From Candidatus Deferrimicrobiaceae bacterium (GTDB lineage Bacteria; Desulfobacterota; Deferrimicrobia; Deferrimicrobiales; Deferrimicrobiaceae), in contig CAWBVY010000009.1 of the NCBI GenBank assembly GCA_963792415.1, positions 76,629 through 140,628 on the forward strand: a stretch of 64,000 bases of DNA, written 5' to 3'. This document shows positions 11,016-21,566 of this stretch, one piece after another. The position numbers and the translations under genes were made by a program. The notes under the pieces are model-generated. The model saw only the letters and a program-made list of their open reading frames with translations, did no database searches and was not told the DNA's origin. Every line of letters begins with the position of its first letter. The first letter of the stretch is position 1.

Positions 11016-11385
11016 TGTACATTATCCTGATTTTTTCCTCGATCGAGACCCGGAGACCATGGTCCAGCCGGAGCACCTTTCGAACCGGCGGCAGATCGGG
11101 AATCACCCGGATCGAGAGAACGAGGATCCCCACCACCGAGAGGAACCCGAGAAGATTGAACGAGGCGTCGGCGTTCTCCCTCATCGGTTCGGATCGGACA
11201 TAGTTCGGAGACGGTTTCGGAAGCTGCAAGGTCCCCATCACGTACGCACCCTGCCACATCAACCGCTCGGCAGGCACCGAGAATAGCACGCACCCATAGA
11301 TCACCAGGAGGGCGGCGGCCACCACGGCTCTCCTGATAAAACTCTTCCTCTCGGCTTCGGCGTCGGGATCCACGGTTTTCTCCAT
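11008..11385 (-). CDS. Hypothetical two-TM membrane protein
   Basis: GGAGGA RBS before MEKTVDP; two hydrophobic segments. Confidence 0.6.
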   Translation of the reverse strand: MEKTVDPDAEAERKSFIRRAVVAAALLVIYGCVLFSVPAERLMWQGAYVMGTLQLPKPSPNYVRSEPMRENADASFNLLGFLSVVGILVLSIRVIPDLPPVRKVLRLDHGLRVSIEEKIRIMYIL

Positions 11386-11442
11386 TTCCTCCCGGATATG
11401 CGACGGTTCTCCCATATTAGAGCGCTGTCCGACGAAAAAAGT

Positions 11443-12174
11443 TCAACCGCCAGGAAGAATCCGGCCCCCCGAAGCGAGGCAACCGCGCACCTTCTCCGCC
11501 AGGTCGGGGATATCCGCTTCCGTCTTTTCGCGAACATCGAGCGGCGGAAATACTTCGATGGAAATCACCCCTTTATGAAAGTGCCCCGATCCGCCGGGGG
11601 GGCAGACCTGCCGGGCGCCCTCGATCCGGACGGGGACGATCGGGAGACCCGCCTGGATCGCAAGGTGAAAACCCCCCTTCTTCAGCGGGAGGAGTCTTCC
11701 GTCGTGGCTGACCCACCCTTCCGGGAAGATCATGATGGAGTTGTTCCCGGAGAGCCCCGAGATCGATCCGCCAATGGACGCCCTGGCCTGCTCCGTGTTC
11801 TCGCGGTCCACCATGATCTGGCCGAGGGACAGCAGCGCCCAACCGAATACGGGGATCCGGGCAAGTTCCTTCTTGAATACGCAGTGGAACGGCTGGGGGA
11901 TGGCGATCGCCAATGCGAGAGGATCCGCGATGGAAGTGTGGTTCGCCATGAAGACGTATGGGCGTTGCGGATCGATCTGTTCGAGCCCTCGCGGGACGAC
12001 GCGCACCCGGAAGCCGGTAAACAGGACCCTGGAGTAGGTTTTCGCCAGCGGGCGGAAAAGACGCCCTTTACCGGTCAACCCCTTCCGGAAGAAACCGAGA
12101 AGGGTGAAGGGAGGCAGGAGGATGAGCGTGACCAGGCCGACGAATATCCACTGGAATATCGTCGTCGCTCTCAA
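11443..12174 (-). CDS. plsC: Lysophospholipid acyltransferase (PlsC family)
   Basis: NHTSIAD, IFPEG, PIVPV. Confidence 0.9.
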   Translation of the reverse strand: MRATTIFQWIFVGLVTLILLPPFTLLGFFRKGLTGKGRLFRPLAKTYSRVLFTGFRVRVVPRGLEQIDPQRPYVFMANHTSIADPLALAIAIPQPFHCVFKKELARIPVFGWALLSLGQIMVDRENTEQARASIGGSISGLSGNNSIMIFPEGWVSHDGRLLPLKKGGFHLAIQAGLPIVPVRIEGARQVCPPGGSGHFHKGVISIEVFPPLDVREKTEADIPDLAEKVRGCLASGGRILPGG

Positions 12175-12213
12175 CGGGCGGGAATCCCCGGATCCACGGT
12201 TATCTCTCCCACC

Positions 12214-12972
12214 TCACTGCATCGGCCGGATCCGCACTTCGGTCTCCTTCTGACTCCGGAGGAGTTCGACGATCCTGCCGGTGTCGGTCTCGCCGAAATG
12301 GTACGGATAAAGGATCTTCGGGCGGAGCATGCGGGCGGCGTCGGCCGCCATCTCCGGGGTCATGGTATACGGGAGATTCATCGGAAGGAACGCGATGTCG
12401 ACCCCGGCGAGTGCTTTCATCTCGGGGATGTTCTCCGTGTCGCCGGCCACGTAGACCCTCTTGTCCCCAAAGGTGAGCACGTAGCCGTTGCCGCGCCCCT
12501 TCGGGTGAAAGGGGACCCCGGGGCTGCGCTCGTGGACGAGATTATAGGCCGGGACGGCGAGCACCGGGATGCCGGGAGAATTCTTCCGGGCGCCGGGGAA
12601 CACCTTCCGATCACCGTTCTTCAGGACCACGGCGCCGGGAATCTTTTCGGCGGCGGCCGGGTTCGCCGCCACCACGGTCCGGTCGCCCCGGATGGACTGG
12701 ATCGCCCCCAGGTCGAGATGATCGCCGTGTTCGTGGGTAACGATAAGGATGTCGGCCTTGGGGAGGGAACCGTAGTCAGCGACCTTGCCGTAGGGGTCGA
12801 TGGCGATGGTCGTGCCGTCGAAGGAGAAGAGGAGGCTCCCGTGGCCCAGGAAGGTCACGGTGAGGTCGCCGGCCCCCGTCGGGATGATGTCGGTTTCGTG
12901 CGGTTCTTTCCCGAAAGCCGTTCCCGCCAGCAGGGTCGCGAGGAACAGAATTGCGAAATGCGATCCCTTCAT
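12214..12972 (-). CDS. Exported MBL-fold metallo-hydrolase
   Basis: Signal peptide; THEHGDHLD, YVAGDT, YPYHF. Confidence 0.9.
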   Translation of the reverse strand: MKGSHFAILFLATLLAGTAFGKEPHETDIIPTGAGDLTVTFLGHGSLLFSFDGTTIAIDPYGKVADYGSLPKADILIVTHEHGDHLDLGAIQSIRGDRTVVAANPAAAEKIPGAVVLKNGDRKVFPGARKNSPGIPVLAVPAYNLVHERSPGVPFHPKGRGNGYVLTFGDKRVYVAGDTENIPEMKALAGVDIAFLPMNLPYTMTPEMAADAARMLRPKILYPYHFGETDTGRIVELLRSQKETEVRIRPMQ

Positions 12973-13081
12973 CTTCGCCTCCACGCGGTGGTTGCGACTC
13001 CTTTGATAATATACATTAGGATCCGGATGATCCGGTCCGGAAGTCGCAGGGCCCCATCTCCCTTTTCGAGGAAGGAATCCG

Positions 13082-14254
13082 ATGAAGATCGTCGACATCC
13101 AGGAACGTACCGCGTCCATCGCCTCCCCGATCCGGAACGCGTACATCGACTTCAGCAGGATGACGGTATCGGTCGCGGCCGTCGTCACGGATGTGGTCCG
13201 GGACGGCAAGCCGGTCGTGGGATACGGTTTCAATTCGAACGGCAGGTACGCGCAGGGATCCCTGCTGCGGGAGAGGTTCATCCCCCGCGTTCGCGAGGTC
13301 GATCCCTCGGCGTACGTGTCCGGGACCGGGGACAACCTCGACCCCTTCCGGCTTTGGGACATCATGATGGCCAACGAAAAGCCGGGCGGCCACGGTGAGC
13401 GGTCGGTGGCCGTGGGGGTCATCGACATGGCCGTCTGGGACGCCGTGGCGAAAATCGAGCGGAAGCCGCTGTACCGCCTGCTCGCCGACCGGTACAACGG
13501 GGGCGTCGCGGCGAGCCGGGTGTTCGTCTACGCCGCCGGAGGCTACTACTACCCCGGGAAAGGGAAACGGGAGTTGCTGGACGAAATGAGCCGCTACCTG
13601 GACGCCGGGTACCGGACGGTGAAGATGAAGATCGGAGGGGCCCCTCTTTCCGAGGATCTCGAAAGGATCGAGTCGGTCCTTTCCCTGGTGTCCGATGGAG
13701 ACCGCCTCGCGGTCGACGCCAACGGCCGGTTCGACCTGGACACCGCGGTGCGTTACGGAGATGCGCTCGCGCCATACGGCCTGCGGTGGTACGAGGAACC
13801 CGGTGACCCCCTCGACTACCAACTTCACGCGGACCTCGCGGCCCGGTACAAAGGCCCCATCGCCACCGGTGAAAATCTTTTCTCCATGCAGGATGCGAGA
13901 AACCTGCTGCGACACGGGGGGCTCCGGAAGGACCGCGACATCCTCCAGATGGACCCGGTCCTCTCCTACGGCCTGGTGGAGTATCTCCGGATGCTCGAAA
14001 TGCTGGTCGGGATGGGTTGGTCCCGCAACCGCTGCATCCCCCACGGCGGACACCAGTTCGCCCTCAACATCGCCGCCGGACTCGGACTGGGCGGCAACGA
14101 ATCCTACCCGGAAATGTTCGCCCCGTTCGGTGGGTTCGGCGATAGCACCCCCGTGGAGAACGGGATGGTCGGCCTTCCGGAAATCCCGGGGGTCGGCTTC
14201 GAGGCCAAGTCGGCCCTGATCGACCGGATCCGCTCTCTCTTCGATCCGGTCTGA
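13082..14254 (+). CDS. tarD: Mandelate racemase family, D-tartrate dehydratase-like
   Basis: SPIRNAYIDFSRMT, GFNSNGRY, KMKIGG, VDANGRF, PHGGHQ. Confidence 0.8.
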   Translation: MKIVDIQERTASIASPIRNAYIDFSRMTVSVAAVVTDVVRDGKPVVGYGFNSNGRYAQGSLLRERFIPRVREVDPSAYVSGTGDNLDPFRLWDIMMANEKPGGHGERSVAVGVIDMAVWDAVAKIERKPLYRLLADRYNGGVAASRVFVYAAGGYYYPGKGKRELLDEMSRYLDAGYRTVKMKIGGAPLSEDLERIESVLSLVSDGDRLAVDANGRFDLDTAVRYGDALAPYGLRWYEEPGDPLDYQLHADLAARYKGPIATGENLFSMQDARNLLRHGGLRKDRDILQMDPVLSYGLVEYLRMLEMLVGMGWSRNRCIPHGGHQFALNIAAGLGLGGNESYPEMFAPFGGFGDSTPVENGMVGLPEIPGVGFEAKSALIDRIRSLFDPV

Positions 14255-14291
14255 CGTTCAGGAAACCGGGGAGGACGGATCCCGGCCCGGT

Positions 14292-14483
14292 TCAGGCGGC
14301 TTTCTCTCGAGCCACCGAGCAGGCGGCCTGATAGATCTCCTCCACCTCGAACCAGTCGTCGGTATGCTCCTCTTTCACATGGCGCATCAGCGACTCGACG
14401 ACGTTCTCGCCTGTCTTCCCCTCGATAACGAAATCACACGAAATCCCCAACTCCCTGCAACCGATCGAGGTATTCATTTCCAA
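14292..14483 (-). CDS. DUF1059-like small metal-binding protein
   Basis: CRELGISCDF...HVKEEH pattern. Confidence 0.75.
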   Translation of the reverse strand: MEMNTSIGCRELGISCDFVIEGKTGENVVESLMRHVKEEHTDDWFEVEEIYQAACSVAREKAA

Positions 14484-14748
14484 CCTCCCATCCTTGAGCC
14501 GGCTCGTCCCAAAACCACATTTTGTTCCTGCTTATAGGATATGCTCCGAACTCTTCGGAGTTTCGTCCGGCGGACAAGTCACCCGGATCTTCGTCGTCAC
14601 GGATAGATCAAGGTGGTCCCGTGCCGCATTGGATCCGCGTCGACACGTCAAGCTGCCGCGGAAGGAATGAAGGGGGTAGAATCAAGAGGATTGGACGGGA
14701 ACGGCCGGGGCTTGGCCGGCGGGTGTACCCTGTGGAGAGGACAGCGGC

Positions 14749-16095
14749 ATGACGGAACTCGACCTTGCACGCGCTCAGATGGCGATGCTGTTCGCCTTCC
14801 ACATTCTCTTTGCCGTGGCCGGAATGGGGATGCCCGTCCTCATGGTGATCGCCGAGAGGGCGCACCTCCGGACCCGGCACCCCGTCTACGCGGAACTCGC
14901 GCGGCGCTGGGCGAAGGGGACAGCGGTCCTCTTCGCGGTGGGCGCGGTCTCCGGAACCGTCCTGTCCTTCGAGCTGGGGCTGTTGTGGCCCAGGTTCATG
15001 GCGTTCGCCGGCGGGGTCATCGGGCTCCCCTTCGCACTGGAGGGATTCGCATTCTTCACCGAGGCGATCTTCCTCGGGATCTACCTGTACGGCTGGGACC
15101 GCGTCTCCCCGCGCCTCCACCTCGCATCCGGCGTTCTCGTGGCCATCGGGGGGATCCTCTCCGGGATCTTCGTCGTGACCGCCAACGCCTGGATGAACAG
15201 TCCGGCGGGCTTCACCCTTGCGGACGGGAGGCCGGTCGACGTTTCCCCCCTCGCGGCGATGCTGAACCCGGCCTCGGCGACGGAGACGATCCACATGACC
15301 CTCGCCGCCTTCGCCGCGTCCGGATTCGCGGTCGCGGGGATCCACGCGTTCCTCCTTCTGAGGGACCGGGAGAACCTGTTCCATCGGAAAGCCCTGGAGA
15401 TCGCCCTCGCGGTCGGGTGCGCCGCCGCCGTGCTCCAGCCGCTCAGCGGCGACATGAGTGCGCGCTTCGTCGCGCGGAATCAGCCGGTGAAGCTCGCCGC
15501 GATGGAGGGGCAGTTCGAGACCGAGGACGGGGCGCCGCTTCGGATCGGGGGAATTCCCGACGTCGCATCGCGGACCACGCGGTACGCGATCGAGGTCCCG
15601 AAAGGCTTGAGCCTGCTGGCCTACCACGATCCCGACGCCCGGGTGCAGGGGCTCGCCGCATTCCCCCGGGACGAATGGCCCGATCCCGTCCCGGTGCACC
15701 TCGCCTTCCAGGTGATGGTGGCCGGCGGCACGGCCATGGCTCTCCTCTCCGTCGCGGCGGCCTGGCTTTTCTGGAAGAAGCGGGAGGGTCTCTTCGGCCG
15801 CCGGTTCCTGATGGCCGTCGCCCTCTGCGGACCGGTCGGGCTCCTCTGCGTGGAGGCCGGGTGGGTCGTCACCGAAATGGGCCGGCAGCCCTGGGCGATC
15901 CGGGGCGTCATGAGGACGGCGGAGGCGGTGACCCCCGTCGGGGGCCTTCTCCTCCCCTTCGCGTTCTTCTCGCTTCTCTACCTGGGCCTCGGGGCGGCCT
16001 CGGTCTGGCTGCTGCGGCGCGAAGTCGCCGCGAGCCCCTTCTTTCCCGCCGGCAGTCGTGCGGCGGACCCCCACGGTACGGAAGGGAAGGAGTAG
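14749..16095 (+). CDS. cydA: Cytochrome bd oxidase subunit I (short Q-loop/CioA type)
   Basis: FHILF, EGFAFFTEA, QPVKLAAMEG, EMGRQPW. Confidence 0.95.
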   Translation: MTELDLARAQMAMLFAFHILFAVAGMGMPVLMVIAERAHLRTRHPVYAELARRWAKGTAVLFAVGAVSGTVLSFELGLLWPRFMAFAGGVIGLPFALEGFAFFTEAIFLGIYLYGWDRVSPRLHLASGVLVAIGGILSGIFVVTANAWMNSPAGFTLADGRPVDVSPLAAMLNPASATETIHMTLAAFAASGFAVAGIHAFLLLRDRENLFHRKALEIALAVGCAAAVLQPLSGDMSARFVARNQPVKLAAMEGQFETEDGAPLRIGGIPDVASRTTRYAIEVPKGLSLLAYHDPDARVQGLAAFPRDEWPDPVPVHLAFQVMVAGGTAMALLSVAAAWLFWKKREGLFGRRFLMAVALCGPVGLLCVEAGWVVTEMGRQPWAIRGVMRTAEAVTPVGGLLLPFAFFSLLYLGLGAASVWLLRREVAASPFFPAGSRAADPHGTEGKE

Positions 16096-16098
16096 GAC

Positions 16099-17121
16099 AT
16101 GCCGGATCCCGCAACGCTGTCGGCCGGATGCATCCTGGCATCCCTCGTTCTCTACGCGCTCTTCGGCGGCGCCGATTTCGGGGGAGGCGTCTGGGACCTG
16201 CTGGCGCGAAATCCGGGCGCGGCAGACCGGCGGCGACTCATCGCCAGCGCCATCGGGCCCGTGTGGGAGACCAACCACATCTGGCTCATCGTGGCCATCG
16301 TGATCCTCTTCACCGCGTTCCCCGCGGCGTTCGCCGTCGTCTGCACGGCCCTTTTCGTTCCGCTGACGATCGTTCTCGCCGGGATCGTCCTCCGCGGGGC
16401 GGCGTTCGCCTTCCACGCATACCGCCTCCACGAGGAGCGGGGGGCGGGACGGTGGGGGGCCGTCTTCGCCTCGGCCAGCCTCGTCACCCCGGTCTTCCTC
16501 GGGATCGTGTTCGGGGCAATCTCCTCCGGACGGATCCGGGCGACGGAACCGCTGGCGTTCACTGGGGACGTGACGTTGTGGCTCTCCCCGTTCCCGGTCG
16601 TCATCGGGTTCCTCACGCTGGCCTCCTTCGCCTTCCTCGCCGCCGTCTACCTCATCCACGAAACGGATGACCCGGGATTGCGGGAGAAATTCCGCCGGGA
16701 CTCCTTCCGGTCCGCCGCCGCGCTCGTCTTCCTCTCCGGGCTGACCCTGGCGCTGGCCGCCGTCGATGCGCCTGAATTCTTCCGTGCCCTCACGGGCGGG
16801 ACCTGGTCGATACCGCTTCTCGCGGCGGAGATCGCGGCCGCCGCAGGGGCAATCACCTCTCTCGCGCTGCGCCGCTATCCGCTCGCGCGCGCCTGCGCCG
16901 CCGCGCAGGTATCCCTCCTTTTGATCGGATGGGGGATTGCCCAGTACCCGTATCTCGTCCGCCCGGACATCACCGTATTCTCCGCGGCCGCATCCCCCGG
17001 GACGCTGCGGTTCCTGCTCGGGGCGCTCGCCGCGGGAGCCGTCCTCCTCTTCCCGGCGGTCTTCCTTCTCCTCCGGGTGTTCAAGTGGGAAGCGATCTCC
17101 GGAACTCCCCGCCGCCCATGA
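16099..17121 (+). CDS. cydB: Cytochrome bd oxidase subunit II
   Basis: GADFGGG, GPVWETNHIWLI. Confidence 0.95.
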   Translation: MPDPATLSAGCILASLVLYALFGGADFGGGVWDLLARNPGAADRRRLIASAIGPVWETNHIWLIVAIVILFTAFPAAFAVVCTALFVPLTIVLAGIVLRGAAFAFHAYRLHEERGAGRWGAVFASASLVTPVFLGIVFGAISSGRIRATEPLAFTGDVTLWLSPFPVVIGFLTLASFAFLAAVYLIHETDDPGLREKFRRDSFRSAAALVFLSGLTLALAAVDAPEFFRALTGGTWSIPLLAAEIAAAAGAITSLALRRYPLARACAAAQVSLLLIGWGIAQYPYLVRPDITVFSAAASPGTLRFLLGALAAGAVLLFPAVFLLLRVFKWEAISGTPRRP

Positions 17122-17969
17122 TCCCGTATTTCCCGCAGCCCAAGCTCCACCTGTTCGGCCCGCTCACCGTCCACGCCTTCGGGGCAATCGTCGCCGCGGC
17201 CGTCATCGTCGGCTGGCAAAGGGTCGTCGCCCGGACCCGCGCGAAGCGCCTGGACCCCGAACGCGTCCAGGACCTCCTGTCGTATGTCGTCCTCTGCGGC
17301 TTCGTCGTCGCCCACCTCTACTCCGTCCTCGCCTATTTTCCTCGGGAGGCGATGCAAAACCCGCTCCTTCTCCTGAAGTTCTGGGAGGACATCAGCTCCT
17401 TCGGGGGATTCGTCGGGGGACTCCTCGGGCTCTGGCTCTTTTTCCGTTTCAGGGCGCGGGATGCCGACGCGACGACCCGGTTGCGCTACCTGGACGTCAT
17501 CGCGTACGTCTTCCCGTTCGCGTGGGCGATCGGGCGCATCGCCTGCACGGTCGCGCACGACCACCCCGGCACGGTCACGACGTTCCCGTTGGGGATCAGC
17601 CTGGCATCCCCGGAGGCGCAGGCCTACATCGCTTTCTTCTACCGGGAGGCCGGCCGGCTGGCGGAACTGCCCCCTCCCGAGATCCTGTCGAAGATGGCGT
17701 TCCATGATCTTGGGTGGTACGAATTCCTCTACATGGCGTGCCTGATGGTCCCCGCCTTCCTTGCGCTTGACCGGAAACCGCGCCCGCCGGGGTTCTTCCT
17801 GGCCGCCTTCCTGCTCCTCTACATCCCGGCCCGCTTCTTCCTCGATTTCCTGCGGATCGGCGATGTCCGGTACTTCGGGCTGACCCCCGGGCAGTACGCC
17901 GGGGTCGCGGTTTTCCTCGCCGCGCTCCTCTTCACGGTTCGCATTTCCCGCTGGAAAGAGAAGGAGTAG
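17118..17969 (+). CDS. lgt: Prolipoprotein diacylglyceryl transferase family protein
   Basis: SSFGGFVGG, IGRIAC..AHDHPG, YE, RFFLDFLR. Confidence 0.8.
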   Translation: MIPYFPQPKLHLFGPLTVHAFGAIVAAAVIVGWQRVVARTRAKRLDPERVQDLLSYVVLCGFVVAHLYSVLAYFPREAMQNPLLLLKFWEDISSFGGFVGGLLGLWLFFRFRARDADATTRLRYLDVIAYVFPFAWAIGRIACTVAHDHPGTVTTFPLGISLASPEAQAYIAFFYREAGRLAELPPPEILSKMAFHDLGWYEFLYMACLMVPAFLALDRKPRPPGFFLAAFLLLYIPARFFLDFLRIGDVRYFGLTPGQYAGVAVFLAALLFTVRISRWKEKE

Positions 17970-17971
17970 CC

Positions 17972-18667
17972 ATGCCTGGAACGATCCACGCCGAGAAGCA
18001 CTTCACCGCGTCGGAGTCCGTTCGCGACGTGGTCATCGGGATGGCGGACGGACTGACCGTCCCGTTCGCGCTGGCCGCAGGGTTGTCGGGCGCCGTGAGT
18101 TCCACCGGAGTGATCGTGGTCGCGGGGCTGGCCGAGATCGCCGCGGGTTCGATCGCGATGGGCCTGGGGGGATACCTCGCGGCCCGGACCGACCGGGAGC
18201 ACTACGCCTCGGAGCGCGCGCGGGAGTTCCGCGAAATCCGGGAGATGCCGGCGGCCGAGCGGCAGGAGGTCGCCGCCATCTTCCACGGGTACGGCCTGGA
18301 CGACGAGCAGGCCGCCCCGGTGGTCACGGCCATCTGCTCCGATTCGGACCGGTGGGTGGATTTCATGATGCGGTACGAACTGGGGCTCGAAGCGCCCGAC
18401 CCGGGAAGGGCCATGAAGAGCGCCGTGACGATCGGCCTGTCCTACGTCGTCGGGGGAATGGTCCCTCTCATCCCCTACATGACGACCGGGAACGTCCTCA
18501 AGGGCCTCGCGGTCTCCGCGGCGGTCACGCTGCTCGCCCTCTTCGCGTTCGGGGTCGTGAAGGGACGGCTCACGGGGATCAGGCCGCTGCTCGGCGGTCT
18601 CCAGACGGTCGGCATCGGGGGGATCGCCGCGGCGGCGGCGTTCGGCATCGCGCGATGGATCTCGTAA
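17972..18667 (+). CDS. VIT1/CCC1 iron/manganese transporter
   Basis: RDVVIGMADGLTVPFALAAG, FMMRYELG. Confidence 0.93.
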   Translation: MPGTIHAEKHFTASESVRDVVIGMADGLTVPFALAAGLSGAVSSTGVIVVAGLAEIAAGSIAMGLGGYLAARTDREHYASERAREFREIREMPAAERQEVAAIFHGYGLDDEQAAPVVTAICSDSDRWVDFMMRYELGLEAPDPGRAMKSAVTIGLSYVVGGMVPLIPYMTTGNVLKGLAVSAAVTLLALFAFGVVKGRLTGIRPLLGGLQTVGIGGIAAAAAFGIARWIS

Positions 18668-19173
18668 CCGAAGAGCCCCGGCGACGTGGCCTCCGGGTGG
18701 TCGCCGTATTCGAGGGCGCGAAGGGAGGGTTGGTCCTCGTTACGGGCTTCGGACTCCTCGCCTTCCTCCATCGCGGCCTCCACAACGCGGCGGAAGAAGT
18801 CGTCAGGCACCTCCATTTGAACCCCGCCCGGCATTATCCCCGCATCTTTCTCGACGCGGCCGCCCACGTCACCGATACCCAGCTCCGGCTCCTCGCCCTT
18901 TCGGCGTTTCTTTATGCCGTCGTCCGATTCATCGAAGCATTCGGCTTATGGCATCGGAAACGCTGGGCGGCATGGTTCGGGGTCCTGAGCGGAGGCGTCT
19001 ATGTCCCGGTGGAACTCTTCGAGGTGGCCCACCGCCTTTCCTGGGCCAGGCTGACCGCACTGGCGGTCAATCTGGCGATCGTCGCGTATCTGGTCCATGA
19101 GCTCACGACCCGCGGACGGCCACCTCGAAATCCCTCCCCTCCCAGGTCCCCGCGTCGATCCAGAAAAACGTGA
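18655..19173 (+). CDS. DUF2127 membrane protein
   Basis: VAVFEGAKG, EAFGLW..KRWA, YVPVELFE. Confidence 0.85.
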   Translation: MDLVTEEPRRRGLRVVAVFEGAKGGLVLVTGFGLLAFLHRGLHNAAEEVVRHLHLNPARHYPRIFLDAAAHVTDTQLRLLALSAFLYAVVRFIEAFGLWHRKRWAAWFGVLSGGVYVPVELFEVAHRLSWARLTALAVNLAIVAYLVHELTTRGRPPRNPSPPRSPRRSRKT

Positions 19174-21505
19174 AGCGGATCCGCCCGCCCTGCGGCGGCA
19201 GGGAGGCGACATCGACGTATTCGATCCCCAACGCGGTCGGGGTGGAGTGCGAATCCTCCACGGTGCCCCAGTCGTTCCGCGTCCAGCGGAGGAGAAACGG
19301 CGCCCCCGCCTGGATGCGAAGGATGCCCCCCTCCCGGACCTCGCGAACCTCGCGGTTATGCTTCCAGATCTCCATCGGCTTGCAGACCCTGCTGCCGGAG
19401 AGGTAGCGGTCCGCCACCTCGGGGACGAGGTCGAACACCTGGCCGTCCGACGCCGACCGGAGGAGCTTGATGTATTCGGCGTGCGCCCACATCAGCGGCC
19501 TGGCGGAGCCGGTGGGCCGCCCGAGGAACATGAAGAGATCCGGCCGGTCCGGCTCGTCCCAGACCTGCTCCGGGAGCAGCCCGGTCGGGGAGGCGAACCC
19601 CTCCATGGCCCGCAGGAACGAACCCGGGGAGCGCCCGGCGGCCAATTCGTAATGCCCCCGCTCCCCGGTGAGCAGGGGCCACGCGCGCCCCTTCCCGTAC
19701 CCGACGAACGGACCGCCGTCCTCCCTCTGCCCGTACCCGTCGTGGTTGTACCGCCGCCAGCACGGGCCGTCCGGCGTGTCCACCTTGAGCACGGCATCGA
19801 GCACGCGCAGGGAGTCGACGATCAGGGGATCGTCCGCCTTCCGGATCCCGTACCGGACAAGCTCCAGAAACCCTCCGTCGACGATCTCCTTCGCGGGGAA
19901 CCGCCAGGGGGAACCCGGGGGGCGGTTCGCAACCGCGAGGACGCCGCGATTGGGGTCCTCGGGCGGGAATGGATCGGTCACATCCACCGGGAGGATGCGG
20001 ATGTAGTGCCTCGGTATCCCCGCGACGAGCGCCCCCTCCTTCGTCACCATCCAGGCTTCGACGTGGCATTCGAGAAAATCCGCGTACTCCTCGAGGAAAG
20101 CGGCGGTCGCCCCGTCTCCCCGTTCGCGGGCGAAGGAGGCCGCGCAGACGAGCGCCGCGATGTTGGAGGCGATCGTGGAGGGGGAGTAGCCGCCGGCCTC
20201 CTCCCACCGCTCCTGCTGCGTCGCCGGTCCATGGAGGATCAGATAGCGGGCCGCCCCCATCACCATCGGATACGGGTCGAAGTTCCCGAGGCCGCCCTTG
20301 CGCAACAGGCGCCACGCCAGAAGGATGGGGAACGCGACCTCGTCGAGCTGGATCCCCCGCCAGTACGACTCCCCGTCGATCCAGAAGTTCTGGGAGAACC
20401 CGCCGTCCTCGTGCTGGCTGACGGCCAGGTAGATCAGGGCGCGCAACGGCGACTCGGTGTTCCCGGCGGCGAGGAGGCCCGTGGCCGTGTTGACCATGTC
20501 CCTCGTCCAGACGAGGTGATACCCCCCGCGGTCGTCGTCCCCCTTCGACTCCCCCCACGGGATCGACAGCGACGCGATGAAGGCCCCGGGATACGTCTTG
20601 TCCTCGTGCGCGAGAAGGAGGCTGTAGCTCCCGTGGTACAGGTCCCCCCCGTCGGACGCCGATTTCTCGAGCGGCAGCAGGCGCCTGCACGACCGGTTCC
20701 ACTGCTCGGCGTACCGTTCCCGATGGGCATCGAAAGGAGTCGCGAGGGATTCCAGGAGCGTCGTCGCCGCGTTGTGGAGGCCATCCCCGAAGGCGAGCCC
20801 CATCGTGAACTCCCGGCGGTCGCCCAGGTCCAGCTCGCCGGTGAGGGCGATGTTTCCGTCCGTCGCACGGTCGAACTCCCAGTCCATCCGATACCCGGAG
20901 GCGAGATCCGTCCACCCGTCGCTTTGCCCCACGTAGCCGCAGGAGAGGCGCGAGAAAGGGACGGTCGCGGCCAGCGCGAGCCAGACCCCGCCCTTCTCGG
21001 CGGTCAGGATCTTCCTGCCCGCGATCTCCACCACGCGGCCGTTGTTCCCCCATCCCCCCATCCCGAGGTGGGGGGCGCACAAGGCGTAGAGCCGGAGTCG
21101 TTTCAGGAACGATTCGCCACCCGAGAGGGTCGTATTCACGAGGAGGCACGGCAGGTGGGGGTCGGAGAGGATCACCTTGGCGATGGAATAGCGCCCCTCC
21201 GGGTCGGAGTTCGTGATCCTGTATCCGAGGACATGATGGGAGATCCGTTCCGTCGCGGAACGGAGATGGCGCTTCTCCTCGTGGAAGAAGCTCTCCCCGT
21301 CCGTGACGAGGAACTGGAGATCCCGGAGCTGCGGCCGGTCCACGGTCGGGTAGTAGACTTCGGTGACGACCCCGTTCCAGAGAGTGAACCAGAGACGGCT
21401 CGAGCTGGCGTAGGCCGTGCCGACGCCGTCTTTCGCGGAATGGGTCCAACGCGGCGGGATCCCCGGCCTTCCGAACGCTTCGTTCCGATCGGCATCCTTC
21501 CCCAT
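19103..21505 (-). CDS. Glucoamylase/glucodextranase (GH15)
   Basis: IASLSIPWG, GYHLVWTRD, QERWEE, LPEQVWD, LMWAHAEY. Confidence 0.93.
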   Translation of the reverse strand: MGKDADRNEAFGRPGIPPRWTHSAKDGVGTAYASSSRLWFTLWNGVVTEVYYPTVDRPQLRDLQFLVTDGESFFHEEKRHLRSATERISHHVLGYRITNSDPEGRYSIAKVILSDPHLPCLLVNTTLSGGESFLKRLRLYALCAPHLGMGGWGNNGRVVEIAGRKILTAEKGGVWLALAATVPFSRLSCGYVGQSDGWTDLASGYRMDWEFDRATDGNIALTGELDLGDRREFTMGLAFGDGLHNAATTLLESLATPFDAHRERYAEQWNRSCRRLLPLEKSASDGGDLYHGSYSLLLAHEDKTYPGAFIASLSIPWGESKGDDDRGGYHLVWTRDMVNTATGLLAAGNTESPLRALIYLAVSQHEDGGFSQNFWIDGESYWRGIQLDEVAFPILLAWRLLRKGGLGNFDPYPMVMGAARYLILHGPATQQERWEEAGGYSPSTIASNIAALVCAASFARERGDGATAAFLEEYADFLECHVEAWMVTKEGALVAGIPRHYIRILPVDVTDPFPPEDPNRGVLAVANRPPGSPWRFPAKEIVDGGFLELVRYGIRKADDPLIVDSLRVLDAVLKVDTPDGPCWRRYNHDGYGQREDGGPFVGYGKGRAWPLLTGERGHYELAAGRSPGSFLRAMEGFASPTGLLPEQVWDEPDRPDLFMFLGRPTGSARPLMWAHAEYIKLLRSASDGQVFDLVPEVADRYLSGSRVCKPMEIWKHNREVREVREGGILRIQAGAPFLLRWTRNDWGTVEDSHSTPTALGIEYVDVASLPPQGGRIRFTFFWIDAGTWEGRDFEVAVRGS

Positions 21506-21566
21506 CGCAACTCCTTTCGGTGACCGGAAGAGAAGGAAAAAGGCCGTGGTGGAGAGGGTCCCCCGC

